DNA of 64,000 nt from Cyanophyceae cyanobacterium (GTDB taxonomy: Bacteria > Cyanobacteriota > Cyanobacteriia > Cyanobacteriales > Laspinemataceae): positions 128,001 through 192,000 of the forward strand of contig JBBQFN010000006.1 in the NCBI GenBank assembly GCA_038321985.1, written 5' to 3'. The notes under the pieces were generated by a model that ran no database searches, had not been told where the DNA came from, and was given only the letters and a program-made list of their open reading frames with translations. Made by a program: the position numbers and the translations under genes. Of the stretch, positions 23,241-33,587 are shown in pieces. Position 1 is the stretch's first letter. Every line of letters begins with the position of its first letter.

Positions 23241-23984
23241 TTATAACAAACCATCCAGTTCTAATTCTTCGATGGTTTGTAGTCCGCGTGGATCTCCGAC
23301 TCTTAATAATGAGGCTTTGGCATCTTCCCGAACGCCCATGTCTTCGTCTTCTTCTAGGACTTCAATAAGGGAATCGATCGCACCGGCATAGACTACATTA
23401 GAAGGGAGTTCGCGACACAGTTGCCCGATCGCCCAGGCACAGTTACTTCGGACTGCGGCTATGGGATCGGTTCGTAGGCTGAAGATGAGGGGGGGAATGG
23501 CACAAATGACTAGATCGAAGCCGACGCTAGCCAGTTGACCCAAGGAACTGGCGGCCCACAAGCGGACAGCGGAAATATCAGTTTTGAGGGCATCCAGGAG
23601 AGGGTCGAGGGCGCGGCGATCGCCACAATTTCCCAATGCCCAAACCACACCCTTTCTAACGTAGCCGTTCCAATCCAACTTCAGCCGGTCAATTAGGGGT
23701 TCGACGGCATCGGGACTGGTATTGCGTCCGAGGGCGTAGGCGGAACTGACCCGAACTAGGGGACAAGGGTCGCTTAACAGATGGATCAGGTGAGGGATGG
23801 CGCGTTCATCCTGGATTTCACAGAATGCCCGCGTCGCGATCATTCGCTGTTCGGGAACAGATGACACTAACAATAGCAACATTTTCTCGGGATCCGGCTT
23901 GGGGGCGGGTGCCTCATCCAAATGATCCAGAGGGCTTTCTAGGTCATCATTGAGATTAAGTGCGCTCAGGTCACGGTCGTACAT
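23241..23984 (-). CDS. PBS lyase HEAT-like repeat protein
   Basis: Repeats VRVSSAYALG, VRKGVVWALG, VRLWAASSLG, VRSNCAWAIG. Confidence 0.88.
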   Translation of the reverse strand: MYDRDLSALNLNDDLESPLDHLDEAPAPKPDPEKMLLLLVSSVPEQRMIATRAFCEIQDERAIPHLIHLLSDPCPLVRVSSAYALGRNTSPDAVEPLIDRLKLDWNGYVRKGVVWALGNCGDRRALDPLLDALKTDISAVRLWAASSLGQLASVGFDLVICAIPPLIFSLRTDPIAAVRSNCAWAIGQLCRELPSNVVYAGAIDSLIEVLEEDEDMGVREDAKASLLRVGDPRGLQTIEELELDGLL

Positions 23985-24251
23985 AACCGTATTTTACCAT
24001 AAATGTCATTTATCCTTAACAGGTAAGGAACAGGGAGACCGGAACTTAAGGACCGTTTCTTTAAGGGGATGAATTCGGGGGAAGGATTTAAGGGATGGCA
24101 CTGGAGGATCCGCTAGAGGAGTGAGTCTCCTGAACCCGGTTTTTGCAAGAAGGGGTTTTTTATGGAGGGGCCTATTTAAAGCTCTTTTTTTTTGGTTAGG
24201 GTTAGGGTCAATCAATCTGGTTCTACACCACCCCCAAAATTCGTACAAAAA

Positions 24252-24275
24252 ATAGAGGCACCCTAGTGCCTCTAT
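24252..24275 (-). terminator. Intrinsic terminator of the 24335-24964 gene
   Basis: ATAGAGGCAC-ccta-GTGCCTCTAT hairpin followed by a T-run on the minus strand. Confidence 0.65.
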
Positions 24276-24334
24276 GGATTGCTAGTTGGAACTATCTAGC
24301 CCAAACTGCAATTTTTTATAACTCGATGGTTAAT

Positions 24335-24964
24335 CTAATCAATGGAATCGGCTGTTTTTTCTAAGGCTTTACCGGAACGATTAAGGTCCTGCTTAACTTT
24401 AGACTTAACAGCGCCGGAGGCATTTTCAGCGGTGTTTTGAGCGCGATCGCTGAGCTTGTCTGCTTTCCGGCCTGCGGTTTTAGCGCCTTCCTTAATCGTT
24501 TCGCGGCCATTTTCCAATGCAGTTTCACTGGTTTCTCGGGCTAAATTTGCTCCAGCTTTAGCGTGTTTGCCCAATTCGTTCGCGGCATTTTGAGCGCGAT
24601 CGCCAAGTTTAGAGGCTTGTTGGGGGACTTCTTCAATGAAGTCTTTCAGGTCTTTGTCGGGATAGGTACGGGAATCGTCATTGATCCGACGTTCGGCCCG
24701 GTCCTTGAGTTCTTTTGCCTTAGTTTGAGCGCGTGAGGTCTCCTCTTGTCGGGGGTCGGTATCTGGATAGTCGTTCATTCCCCCTTCATAGGTTGAGTTG
24801 ACGTACTTCGAGGGCATTTCCTCTCTCACCTGGTCCGAAGTTTTGGCGAGGACAGAGGGGGTATTGCTACAAGCAGTCCCAACGAAGATTAGCATTCCTG
24901 CCATTAATCCGGTTAAAATTTGTCGAAGGCTAATATTTTTCAGCCAATTCATCACTTGATTCAT
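24335..24964 (-). CDS. Conserved cyanobacterial lipoprotein with LEA-like hydrophilic helical repeats
   Basis: Lipobox GTAC, YEGGMNDYPDTDP motif, Lys/Glu/Ala-rich repeated DRAQN segments; GGAG RBS. Confidence 0.75.
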   Translation of the reverse strand: MNQVMNWLKNISLRQILTGLMAGMLIFVGTACSNTPSVLAKTSDQVREEMPSKYVNSTYEGGMNDYPDTDPRQEETSRAQTKAKELKDRAERRINDDSRTYPDKDLKDFIEEVPQQASKLGDRAQNAANELGKHAKAGANLARETSETALENGRETIKEGAKTAGRKADKLSDRAQNTAENASGAVKSKVKQDLNRSGKALEKTADSID

Positions 24965-25368
24965 AGAAAACTCCTTTGAATTTCAGTAGCATTTTTGCCC
25001 CTTTTCCGTCTAAATTTCATCCGGGAAAAGCGGTTAGAGCGTACTTACACAATTGTTATTTTGAGAAAGTTAAATTTTTCTCCATGACTTATAGCTTAGA
25101 ATGCTGATGGCGATCGCAACCTCTACCGAAAGTATCATTTCTTACAGGTTTCCTTAAGGCTGCAAAAGTAGCGACAATAAACTCCTCAAGTGCTGGCTTG
25201 GGGGTCTGATGGATCAAAAATTTTCCCCTCCTGGGAGGATGCCATAGCACCCGCTGTATGAATTACCCTCCCCTTCACGGAGGGGGCGTGAATAGAAACA
25301 GCAGATGGACAAGCGATCGCTTGTCCATAAAGATTGCCCAGACTGAAAAAACCCAAAGGTTCCTAAAT

Positions 25369-25665
25369 TTAGGGGAGTGCAAAAGTAATACCTCCCGGTT
25401 GTGCCGGTTCGATGAGGATTTGCTCCACTTGACCCGGGGCCAAGTTAGGATGGGCTTGGAGCATCAGCGCCAGGAGCCTAGACACATAGGGGGTTGCTAT
25501 TGATGTTCCTCTATTAAATGGGTAGGTTTGATTCGGGTAGGTAGATTAAGACGTCAACTCCGGACCCGACGATCAAATCGAGGGTGAGGGACCAGCAGGG
25601 TTGGAAAATGTCCCTAACTCATGGTCTCGGTTGACTACACCTGTGGCGATCGCCAGATTGTTGCG
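25369..25665 (-). pseudogene. Decayed C-terminal fragment of an S8 subtilase
   Basis: Manual minus-strand translation across frameshifts: LAIATGVVNRDHELGTFSNPAG / LDLIVGSGVDV / STYPNQTYPFNRGTSIATPYVSRLLALMLQAHPNLAPGQVEQILIE. It is collinear with the C-terminus of the adjacent intact subtilase. Confidence 0.8.
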
Positions 25666-25898
25666 GCTTGTTAGACAAGTATAAATTTGGGGTTCGATTA
25701 TCTTTAGATTTTTTCTAAATTTATGATAAATCTTCCGGCTTTTAAATGCCTGGTGTTTACCCGGATTATTGGGAATACAGGGTGTATAAATTATATTATA
25801 TTCCCCAAAACTTGTTAATATTTAACCCGCTCAGATGTAGCTTTCTAAAGGAGGAGTATCAACAAGGAACTCAAGTGCTGAGGGTAGCGGTAAGGCGA

Positions 25899-28208
25899 CT
25901 AAACAATCAGTCTATCCCGGCTAGCGGTTTCAATGAGAATGCGTTCAACTTCAGCAGGGGTTAAGTTAGGATTGGCTTGCAACATCAAGGCGACGACTCC
26001 AGAGACAAAGGGGGCAGCCATTGAGGTGCCGTCAAAGGGAACATAAGTCTGATTGGGGGTGGTGGAACGGATGCCGACACCCGGCGCTACAACAAAATTA
26101 TAAGGGCCGAAGGCCGAACCCGCCGGATTGGAGAAGGATGCCACACGGCGATCGCGATCGACGGCCCCTACTGCAATTCCCAGTCCTTCTACAGCGCGAA
26201 TTGCAGGGTCTGCGGGTCCCGTCGCCCCCAGAGATGCATCATTTCCGGAAGCCATGACGGCGACTACTCCGCGATCGCGGGCAAAGCGCAATGCCTCGGC
26301 AATCCTTTCTGTGGGTGGTTCTCCGGGCAAATTCCCTAAGCTCAAATTCAGCACCCGTGCGCCATTGTCTACGGCATAGCGAATTCCGTTTGCTACGGCT
26401 ATCTCAAATTCATCGAAGGTTTGGCGATCGTCGAGGACTCGCACCGGCATCAAGGTTGCATTGTATGCCACCCCAGTTACATCAAACTCCAACCCCCCGT
26501 TTACAGTTCCATCTATTCCATTCCTCTGGGCACCCACAATCCCAGCTAGATGGGTAGCGTGACGTTCGCTGGGGCGGGAAAAGGAGGGATTGCCATCTCC
26601 ATCCACAAAATCATAGCCCTGAACATCATCGATAAAGCCATTCCCATCGTTATCTAAACCGTTGCTGGGAGTTTCATCCACATTTACCCAGAAATTTCCC
26701 TGGAGGTCCCGGTGAGTGAGGTCGATTCCGGTATCTAAAATGGCGACAACGACTCCCTCGCCGGTATATCCCCGATTCCAAACCGCCGGTGCACCGATCG
26801 CATCTAGGGCATAATTATTGGCGATCGGGTTAGCAACTGGGGGAAAGGGGGTGGGTTCTTCCAGTACCCGCGCAACGGCAGCCGCAGCATCTACTAACCC
26901 AAACCCATAGTTCGGGTCAAAAATAGGAGGGGGAATGTTTAAACTCCGGGTTTCTAAATTCGTCGGGGTATCGCTGGAAAGACTGAGTTGATAATTGGTC
27001 TCTCCCTCGACAGGTTTTACCCAAACCGAATAGGTTCCCGGTGCTAAGGCGCTGTGACTGATGGTTTCGGGTTGATTGCCTGGGGTGGTAGATTCTGCCA
27101 GAATTTGGGGTTTTTCATGGGAATTTTCGACTAAAAATAAGTCTACATCGGCAGTTAATCCATTAAGTTCGATCTCAATTGGGGCGGTGCTGTCTAGGAT
27201 AAATTGGTAAATATGGGGGGGGTTATCGGGTTCTAAAAAGTCATTCAGGAGAATTTCTGAGGAGAGAAAACCCAGGTCCTGGGGGTATAATTCTGGGTTT
27301 CCGATCACGGTGCTGGAGGAGTTGGAAGCGGCGACGGTAGACAGACTCAGATGATAGGAGGTTTCTCCCTTGGGGGCGGCGATCGCCACCTGGTAATCCC
27401 CGGGGTTTAAGCGCCAGTTGAGGAGTTTGGCGCGGGTTCCGGGTTCGGTATCTACCGCGATCGCCTCCGTGAGATCGAGCGTTCGGTTGCCGTCGCGGTC
27501 CTGATATAGGGTAACCTGGCTATCGGCACTGAGTCTACTTAAGAGTAAGCTCACTTGACTGGGAGTCTCCAGGCGAAAGCGGTAGAGTTGCGGTGAGTTT
27601 TCCAAGGCAACTGCCCTAGGTCGATTCTGGGTCCGCAGCACCCCCAGTTCCTGAATTTCGTGGAGGGCGACGACTGGGTTCGGTTCCGTTGCTGTACGGC
27701 CCTCGGATGCGCCGAATAGTAGATAATGTTCGACGGCGCTGATTTTTTCCGTTCTTACGAATGCAGCGACGTCGGGATGATGTGCTAAATAAAAGCCTGC
27801 ATCAAAATTAGGTCCGGGGGAACGCCCTTCCTGTTGTCCGGATTTGACAAAATGTTCGTAGGCGGTCAAGTAATCGCTGCTAACTGCTGTAGCAATATCC
27901 GGGTTGCGATCGAGATAGATATCGCTAAAAAATTCTGTAATCGGATCCCGATTTTCAAATTGCCCCGCATTGATGAAGTGTTGAAGGGCAGTCGTTTCTC
28001 CCCGACTCACTGCTGTGCTGACATCGGGATACAAGGCTAGATAAAAATTGGGCTCAAACCAAGCGCTGGGTTGGCGATTTTCAAATTGACCCGCCTCCAT
28101 GAAATGGTCTAATCCCCGGGTAAAAACGCCCGCAGTAACCGCCGCCATCACGTCCGGATTCTGGCTGAGATAATAGCTTTCGTCAAATAAGCTGGTGGCG
28201 TCTAACAC
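25899..28208 (-). CDS. S8 subtilisin-like serine peptidase with four N-terminal NPDV repeats and two PPC-like domains
   Basis: Catalytic motifs VAILDTG, HATHLAG, GTSMAAP; PPC-like LNGLTADVDLFL...PGTYSV. GTG start. Confidence 0.9.
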   Translation of the reverse strand: MLDATSLFDESYYLSQNPDVMAAVTAGVFTRGLDHFMEAGQFENRQPSAWFEPNFYLALYPDVSTAVSRGETTALQHFINAGQFENRDPITEFFSDIYLDRNPDIATAVSSDYLTAYEHFVKSGQQEGRSPGPNFDAGFYLAHHPDVAAFVRTEKISAVEHYLLFGASEGRTATEPNPVVALHEIQELGVLRTQNRPRAVALENSPQLYRFRLETPSQVSLLLSRLSADSQVTLYQDRDGNRTLDLTEAIAVDTEPGTRAKLLNWRLNPGDYQVAIAAPKGETSYHLSLSTVAASNSSSTVIGNPELYPQDLGFLSSEILLNDFLEPDNPPHIYQFILDSTAPIEIELNGLTADVDLFLVENSHEKPQILAESTTPGNQPETISHSALAPGTYSVWVKPVEGETNYQLSLSSDTPTNLETRSLNIPPPIFDPNYGFGLVDAAAAVARVLEEPTPFPPVANPIANNYALDAIGAPAVWNRGYTGEGVVVAILDTGIDLTHRDLQGNFWVNVDETPSNGLDNDGNGFIDDVQGYDFVDGDGNPSFSRPSERHATHLAGIVGAQRNGIDGTVNGGLEFDVTGVAYNATLMPVRVLDDRQTFDEFEIAVANGIRYAVDNGARVLNLSLGNLPGEPPTERIAEALRFARDRGVVAVMASGNDASLGATGPADPAIRAVEGLGIAVGAVDRDRRVASFSNPAGSAFGPYNFVVAPGVGIRSTTPNQTYVPFDGTSMAAPFVSGVVALMLQANPNLTPAEVERILIETASRDRLIV

Positions 28209-28993
28209 AATCTATTCTTCTAATCTTTTAAAGTGTCAGAAAAGAGGGTCCTATCTAGGGCGATCGCTCAATATTGGTGTCTAGTTTAATCTTACCATAT
28301 TTCTTTCTCTACTGTTTAATATGATGATTAGAGTTAGGGGAGTGCGGGAATGCCCCGGGGAATCCCCAAGGGGGCAACTATCCCCAATCGGATTACTCTT
28401 TCAGGAAATTTTTTATTGGATTTAGACGCGCTATAAAAGGGTAAAAATGGATTAAGCTAATTGATTTCTAAATTGCAACACAATGTAGTTTTCTGCCGCG
28501 CCCTAGTTAACAGTCCAGCCCAAGCAAGTCTCATAAGGAGGCGATTGTTAAGGAACTCGTTAATTGTTGTTCCTGGGGATGTCCAGTTTCTACCCCAATT
28601 TTGTTATCAAAGCTGGGATTTTTGCACCAGTGACTTAAGTCAGAACCCTCACCCCTATTAACGGTTAGTTTGACTGGGGGGGGGCAGGAAAGTACCGAGC
28701 ATTTTTTCTATTTTCATCAAATACTCTCTTGCTACAAAAAAGCATTTTTTCTCAATTATTGCTCTAATTTCCCTCTTTTTCACTGGATAATAGCCAGATT
28801 TTGTAGCCGGCAGGGAGCATTCCAATTTTTGATAGACGGAGATTTCTGGCCTGAAATAAAGGGGCGATCGCTTTACTCTATTTCTTATTCCAGAATACCC
28901 CCAATTTTATCTAAAATACTCACCTCAATTAAAAAAATATTCTAAAAAAAGGATAAAAGCTGGACAAAGTACCTCCCCGGGGGGATGACAAAT

Positions 28994-29026
28994 GAAAAGG
29001 GAGACCGAATATCCGGCTCCCTTTTC
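28994..29026. terminator. Hairpin downstream of GDSL gene
   Basis: GAAAAGGGAG ... CTCCCTTTTC inverted repeat. Confidence 0.55.
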
Positions 29027-29120
29027 TTTACCCTATCCAATAGGCCGAGGGTATGATTGAGATCACTTAAGGTCTAGATTCGTTTTAGAAAAGTGCGATC
29101 GCCCTCATGGAAGGAAGAGG

Positions 29121-30461
29121 CTAGAGAATCACATTCACCAATTCAGAGAAGTCAGTCACGGTTTTGATGGCGGTATCGGCAATAATTTGGTGACCGATCG
29201 TTGTGGGATGGACACCATCCCAAAACAGGAAAGTATCCGGGTCACTTCCGGGAGATTCTAGTGCAGGATCACTTACATTGGTCAATCCGTATCGACCCGG
29301 ATTGCTGACAGCATCATTAAACACAGTATTTACATCAACCAAAATAATATTAATATTCGGGTCTTGGTCTAAATTTGCCATTGCCGCTGCCAACGCTGTA
29401 TTATGAGCCGTTGAAAGTTGCGATAGCAGTTGTTGCGCTTCGGGTCCGCGACTTCTTACCCCGGGAGTGGCACCTATGTCCGGCAGGTTCATCACCATAA
29501 AATTGCGAGCACCATCGGCGGCAAGTTTAGTCACTGCACTCACTAAATTATTGACGGGGATATTTACATCGGTAATCCCGGCATTCAGATAATCATTAGA
29601 ACCCGCCCAGATCGTGTATAATCCATTGGGATTAGACCCAGGCGTTTGGTCGATAAAACTATCAATTTGCGTCTGCAATCCGGGTAAAGCTGGGAACAGC
29701 GGATTTGCCAAATTCAAAGAATTTACATCAGCACTCGTGGCACCCCCAAAGGCAATATTCGTCTGTGGGTTCACCTCTAATCCCAAACGAGACGGCAGAC
29801 GTTCAGCCCAGATAGGTCCATTACTAAACCGGCCATTGTCATAAAGCGGTTCCGGGGGGAATAGTCCCAGGGTTGAGGCAAACAAATTGCCATCATCGGA
29901 AAGACTATCTCCAAAATCATACACTTCATTAAATAAGCGTCGAGGAATGCGACCTTCAAATTGACCAAAGTTCACAAAATGGGAGATTGCTGTCGTCTCT
30001 CCTCTGGAAACTACTGCTGACACGTCAGGGTTTTGTTCTAAATAATAATTTGTATCAAAGAAGGCGATCGGGTTGCGACCTTCCTCCGCCCCGAATGAGA
30101 TATAGTGCATGAACAAACCCGTAACTGGATCTGGGCTTACCATTTCTACTACATCTGGATTCGTTTGGGCGTAAAAGTTGGGGTCAAAAAAAGGCACCGG
30201 AACCCGCCCTTCCTCTGCACCAAAATTAGTAAAATGGTCAAAAGCACTAAAGGTAGGGGAAACCACATTAACCACATCAGGGTTTTGGGCTAGGTAGTAA
30301 TCCGTCTGAAAAAAAGCACTGGGGTCGCGCTTTTCATGGTCTCCAAAGGTAAAAAAGTGCTGAGCACCACTACTAAATGTACCATTGGCAACAGCAGTGG
30401 CTACATCTGAATTTTTGGCTAAATAAAAACCTTCGTCAAAGAGAGTCGTTTCCGATAACAT
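29121..30461 (-). CDS. SGNH/GDSL esterase-lipase with four N-terminal NPDV repeats
   Basis: FGDSLSDDGN block I, GRFSNGP, GSNDY block III, FWDGVHPT block V. ATG at 30461 aligns in register with the neighbours' starts; the ORF track starts at 30470. Confidence 0.92.
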   Translation of the reverse strand: MLSETTLFDEGFYLAKNSDVATAVANGTFSSGAQHFFTFGDHEKRDPSAFFQTDYYLAQNPDVVNVVSPTFSAFDHFTNFGAEEGRVPVPFFDPNFYAQTNPDVVEMVSPDPVTGLFMHYISFGAEEGRNPIAFFDTNYYLEQNPDVSAVVSRGETTAISHFVNFGQFEGRIPRRLFNEVYDFGDSLSDDGNLFASTLGLFPPEPLYDNGRFSNGPIWAERLPSRLGLEVNPQTNIAFGGATSADVNSLNLANPLFPALPGLQTQIDSFIDQTPGSNPNGLYTIWAGSNDYLNAGITDVNIPVNNLVSAVTKLAADGARNFMVMNLPDIGATPGVRSRGPEAQQLLSQLSTAHNTALAAAMANLDQDPNINIILVDVNTVFNDAVSNPGRYGLTNVSDPALESPGSDPDTFLFWDGVHPTTIGHQIIADTAIKTVTDFSELVNVIL

Positions 30462-30833
30462 ATTTTGCAAGTTTTGAGAGTGATAGGGTTATCGTAACCT
30501 AGAACTATGGGGTTTCTAAAAGGTGGTTTCCTTAGGCGCTTAAGGGTATAAGTCAGCCCGGTGGGTCAGCCATCCTTGCGGCTTGAACAATCGGGAAGAG
30601 TGTCGCACCTTTCTGCAAGAGGTCTAATGAATTGAATTGATCCAACTATCTACTTAATTTCAGTTCTTGCAGGTAAAAAATCTGGGATGTTGGTATTCCC
30701 AGCTAGTTTCCCTTAATCTCTCCCGGTTGGATCAGCTTTTTGAAACTTCCAACAATACAACATTTCAATTGATAAGGGAGAAGGACAAGGCATTGCCTTG
30801 TCCCTAAGGGAAAAAAGGGACTGCCGTCCTAAT

Positions 30834-33299
30834 TTACAACTGAGAGGCTTGGCGATCGAGTCTCACTTGCAAACCGGACGCATCGGTACGGTAGACTAAG
30901 GTTCGATCGCCATTTTGTACGGTTACCTGCCAACCATTGACTAACGCTAAGAGGCAACTTTCATTGGCTTCACCTAAACCCAAACACCCATCACTCCAGG
31001 TTTCTTGTTTTGAAGAAACCACAGTAAAAGTGCCCGGTTGAATTCCGAAATCTCGCGAGATATTTTCTTCAATTGCCGTTGTAATCTGCGAGGGCAACAT
31101 CTCCTCTTCCTGGTCAGGATTGACGGCAAATTGCAGGCGAATGGTCGGAGTGCGATTGGCAACTTCTGCCGGATTTGCTTCCATATCCGCTTGGGTGTAA
31201 GGATCGACGCCGAAGGTAGTCACGGTAAGTTGTTGCGTTACAGGATCGATCGCAAATTCGGTCCAGCCATAATTATGACCGGAAAAATACGACCCTTGCA
31301 GCAATTGAGCATCAATTTCTGACCCTTCTAATCCCACTGGGTCATATCCTAAAGGTATGATCCGATTATCAATCACTTGACGCACAAAAGCATTCTTTTC
31401 GGCTTCATTGGTCATCGCCCGATAGCGGTCTTTTTCCGCAGGAGATAACAGGGCATCTGGGGTAAACGCTACGGTTGCAGGTCCAAATGGTGCGGCAAAT
31501 GGTCCTTGCCCGATATTCAACTGAATCGCCGCTGGACCAATCATCACATCAAATGCACCCGTTGGTTTTTGCGGTTGGCCTAATGCATCTTGATACGTTA
31601 CGTTGTTGACGACATTGCCATGAAAGTCTCCGGTGACGAAAACAACGTTACTAATATCGTTTTCATCAATAAACCGCAATAACTCTGTTCGTTCTGCCTC
31701 GAATCCTTCCCAACGTTCCCCAGAAACGGCTATTCCAAAGTGCTGCATTGGCACTGTAGACATGACAAACTTCCAAGTGATGCCTGCATTTTCAGCGGCC
31801 AATAAGTCATTTTTAAACTCCTGTAATTGAGCTTGACCTAAGATGGTGCGATTGGGTTCAAAGGAGTCTTGGAGATACGCGTTCACTTCTGCTGGGGAAG
31901 ACGTTTCGGGGAGAAAGCGCAGGGGTTTATCTCGGAACGATCGCAGGTCTAAAACAAAAGTAGCGGCATCGTTTCCGTGGACGTTGGACCGATAGAGTTT
32001 CTGCTTGTTAGCCGTCCTGGGGTCGCCGGTTTCGCCGTAAACTTCTTCGGCGATCGGCTTGTAATCTAGGAACGCTCGCAATCCCTCATTAAATACCGGG
32101 GTTTCGTTGACAAACCGGCCTTCAGTGCCAAAAATGCCATTGCGTTGGGGTGATTCTGCCGGGGCCGCACCTCCGGCGAAGTCATTGGTGATTTCGTGGT
32201 CGTCCCAAGTGTTATAGGTGGCGGTAGAGGCGCGTAAATCGGCCCAGGTATTGCGTCCGAACCGTTCGCTATAAATTTCGTTATGCTTAGTGCGAAACTG
32301 GTCTAGGTTGGCCGATTGGCGCACACCGGGGAGATCCGGAGATATACTATCCGTTTCGACCGTATCCCCCAGGAGTACGAAAAAGTCGAGGTTGCGATCG
32401 CTCACGTTGCTGATCGAAGGATAGGGGGCGAGTTCTCCCTGCCAGTCTCCGGTTACCCCAAACCTCAATCCTGCTTGAGTTCCCAAGGGGGCTGGAGTCC
32501 GAAACTGCCCGACTTCCGACGTGCCTGCGGCATCGGTGACGCGATAGTAATATTGAGTCTGTGGGATTAATTCACTCACGGGTACCTGGACGGGTACCGT
32601 GGGGTCGGTGACAAAGTTGGTGGTTTGTCCGGCAATCGAACCAAAGTTAGGATCAGTGGAATACTCAAAAATAACCGGGCCAATTTCAGTGCTCCGGGTC
32701 CATAAGACGGCGCTATTTTGGGTCACATCCCCGGCAGCGATGCCATTGGGTAGGGTGGTATTTCCCCCCATAAACGGGGTAAACTCCCGGCCTTCGATGA
32801 TTCCAAAGTTGAGATAGTGTCCGATTCCGGTAATTTCATCCCGTTCTACGGCTGCGGCTACGTCTGCATTTTTAGATAAATAATAGGCGGGATTATATAA
32901 GTTGCTAGGGATGCGTTCCTCGGCTTGTCCGAATATCTGAAAGTGTTGAATGCCGGTGAGGGAGGTTTCGTTAACCGCAGCTTGTACGTCAGGGTTACGA
33001 GCTAAATACAATTGATCATTATACAAAAAGCTGGGGTTGCGGCCTTCATTTTGCCCAAAGGCAATGTAGTGTTGAAAGGCGGTGAGTTGATTGGCTGATA
33101 CTGCGGCGGCTACATCGGGATTTAAGGTGAGGTAGTAACGGACATCGAAGAGGGCGGTGGGATTGCGTCCTTCATTTTGCCCGAAGGTTTCAAAGTGAGA
33201 GAAGCCATTGGTAAAATTTCCAGCAGCGACGGCATCAGCGACGTCGGGGTTACGGGCTAGATAATAGGTTTCGTTATATAAATCTTGGGCATTCAACAT
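30834..33299 (-). CDS. phoD: PhoD-family alkaline phosphatase with four N-terminal NPDV repeats and a C-terminal Cys-pair domain
   Basis: GIAAGDVTQNSAVLWTR, LGDT, WDDHEITND, ERWEGF, TGDFH; C-terminal TWSDGCLGL...CLLALVNGW. Confidence 0.88.
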   Translation of the reverse strand: MLNAQDLYNETYYLARNPDVADAVAAGNFTNGFSHFETFGQNEGRNPTALFDVRYYLTLNPDVAAAVSANQLTAFQHYIAFGQNEGRNPSFLYNDQLYLARNPDVQAAVNETSLTGIQHFQIFGQAEERIPSNLYNPAYYLSKNADVAAAVERDEITGIGHYLNFGIIEGREFTPFMGGNTTLPNGIAAGDVTQNSAVLWTRSTEIGPVIFEYSTDPNFGSIAGQTTNFVTDPTVPVQVPVSELIPQTQYYYRVTDAAGTSEVGQFRTPAPLGTQAGLRFGVTGDWQGELAPYPSISNVSDRNLDFFVLLGDTVETDSISPDLPGVRQSANLDQFRTKHNEIYSERFGRNTWADLRASTATYNTWDDHEITNDFAGGAAPAESPQRNGIFGTEGRFVNETPVFNEGLRAFLDYKPIAEEVYGETGDPRTANKQKLYRSNVHGNDAATFVLDLRSFRDKPLRFLPETSSPAEVNAYLQDSFEPNRTILGQAQLQEFKNDLLAAENAGITWKFVMSTVPMQHFGIAVSGERWEGFEAERTELLRFIDENDISNVVFVTGDFHGNVVNNVTYQDALGQPQKPTGAFDVMIGPAAIQLNIGQGPFAAPFGPATVAFTPDALLSPAEKDRYRAMTNEAEKNAFVRQVIDNRIIPLGYDPVGLEGSEIDAQLLQGSYFSGHNYGWTEFAIDPVTQQLTVTTFGVDPYTQADMEANPAEVANRTPTIRLQFAVNPDQEEEMLPSQITTAIEENISRDFGIQPGTFTVVSSKQETWSDGCLGLGEANESCLLALVNGWQVTVQNGDRTLVYRTDASGLQVRLDRQASQL

Positions 33300-33587
33300 A
33301 AGGATTAGCAGGTCCAGTAAGTGGTTTCAATGGGTTCGATAAGGTATTATAACATAGGAGGGAGCAAACAGATTGGGAAATAATCATGATTTTTTTTTAA
33401 TGCTTGATGAAGGGATTTATCTATTTTAGTAATCTCTTTGGGGCGAATAGTCTCGGCCTTGGGGGCCGAAACTTTTTCTGGATTGATCTATTATACATTA
33501 GGCTAGTGAATGGATGGGAAATAAATGAATAGCTGACTTGAGAGATTAAAAAACGTTATAGTATGAAATTCTGAATGAAAAGATGAT

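Noticed and set aside
25258..25292. Hairpin GAATTACCCTCCCCTTCACGGAGGGGGC resembling an IS200/IS605 end
   Set aside because: Single imperfect copy with no tnpA/tnpB remnant nearby; not enough for a mobile element call.
25258..25503. 81-aa plus-strand ORF
   Set aside because: Antisense to the subtilase pseudogene fragment; no protein-like features.
30612..30628. TGCAAGAGGTCTAA resembling a cyanobacterial MITE terminal repeat
   Set aside because: No matching partner end or target-site duplication found.
33300..33587. Pho box upstream of phoD
   Set aside because: No clear triple PyTTAAPyPy repeat at 11-bp spacing.
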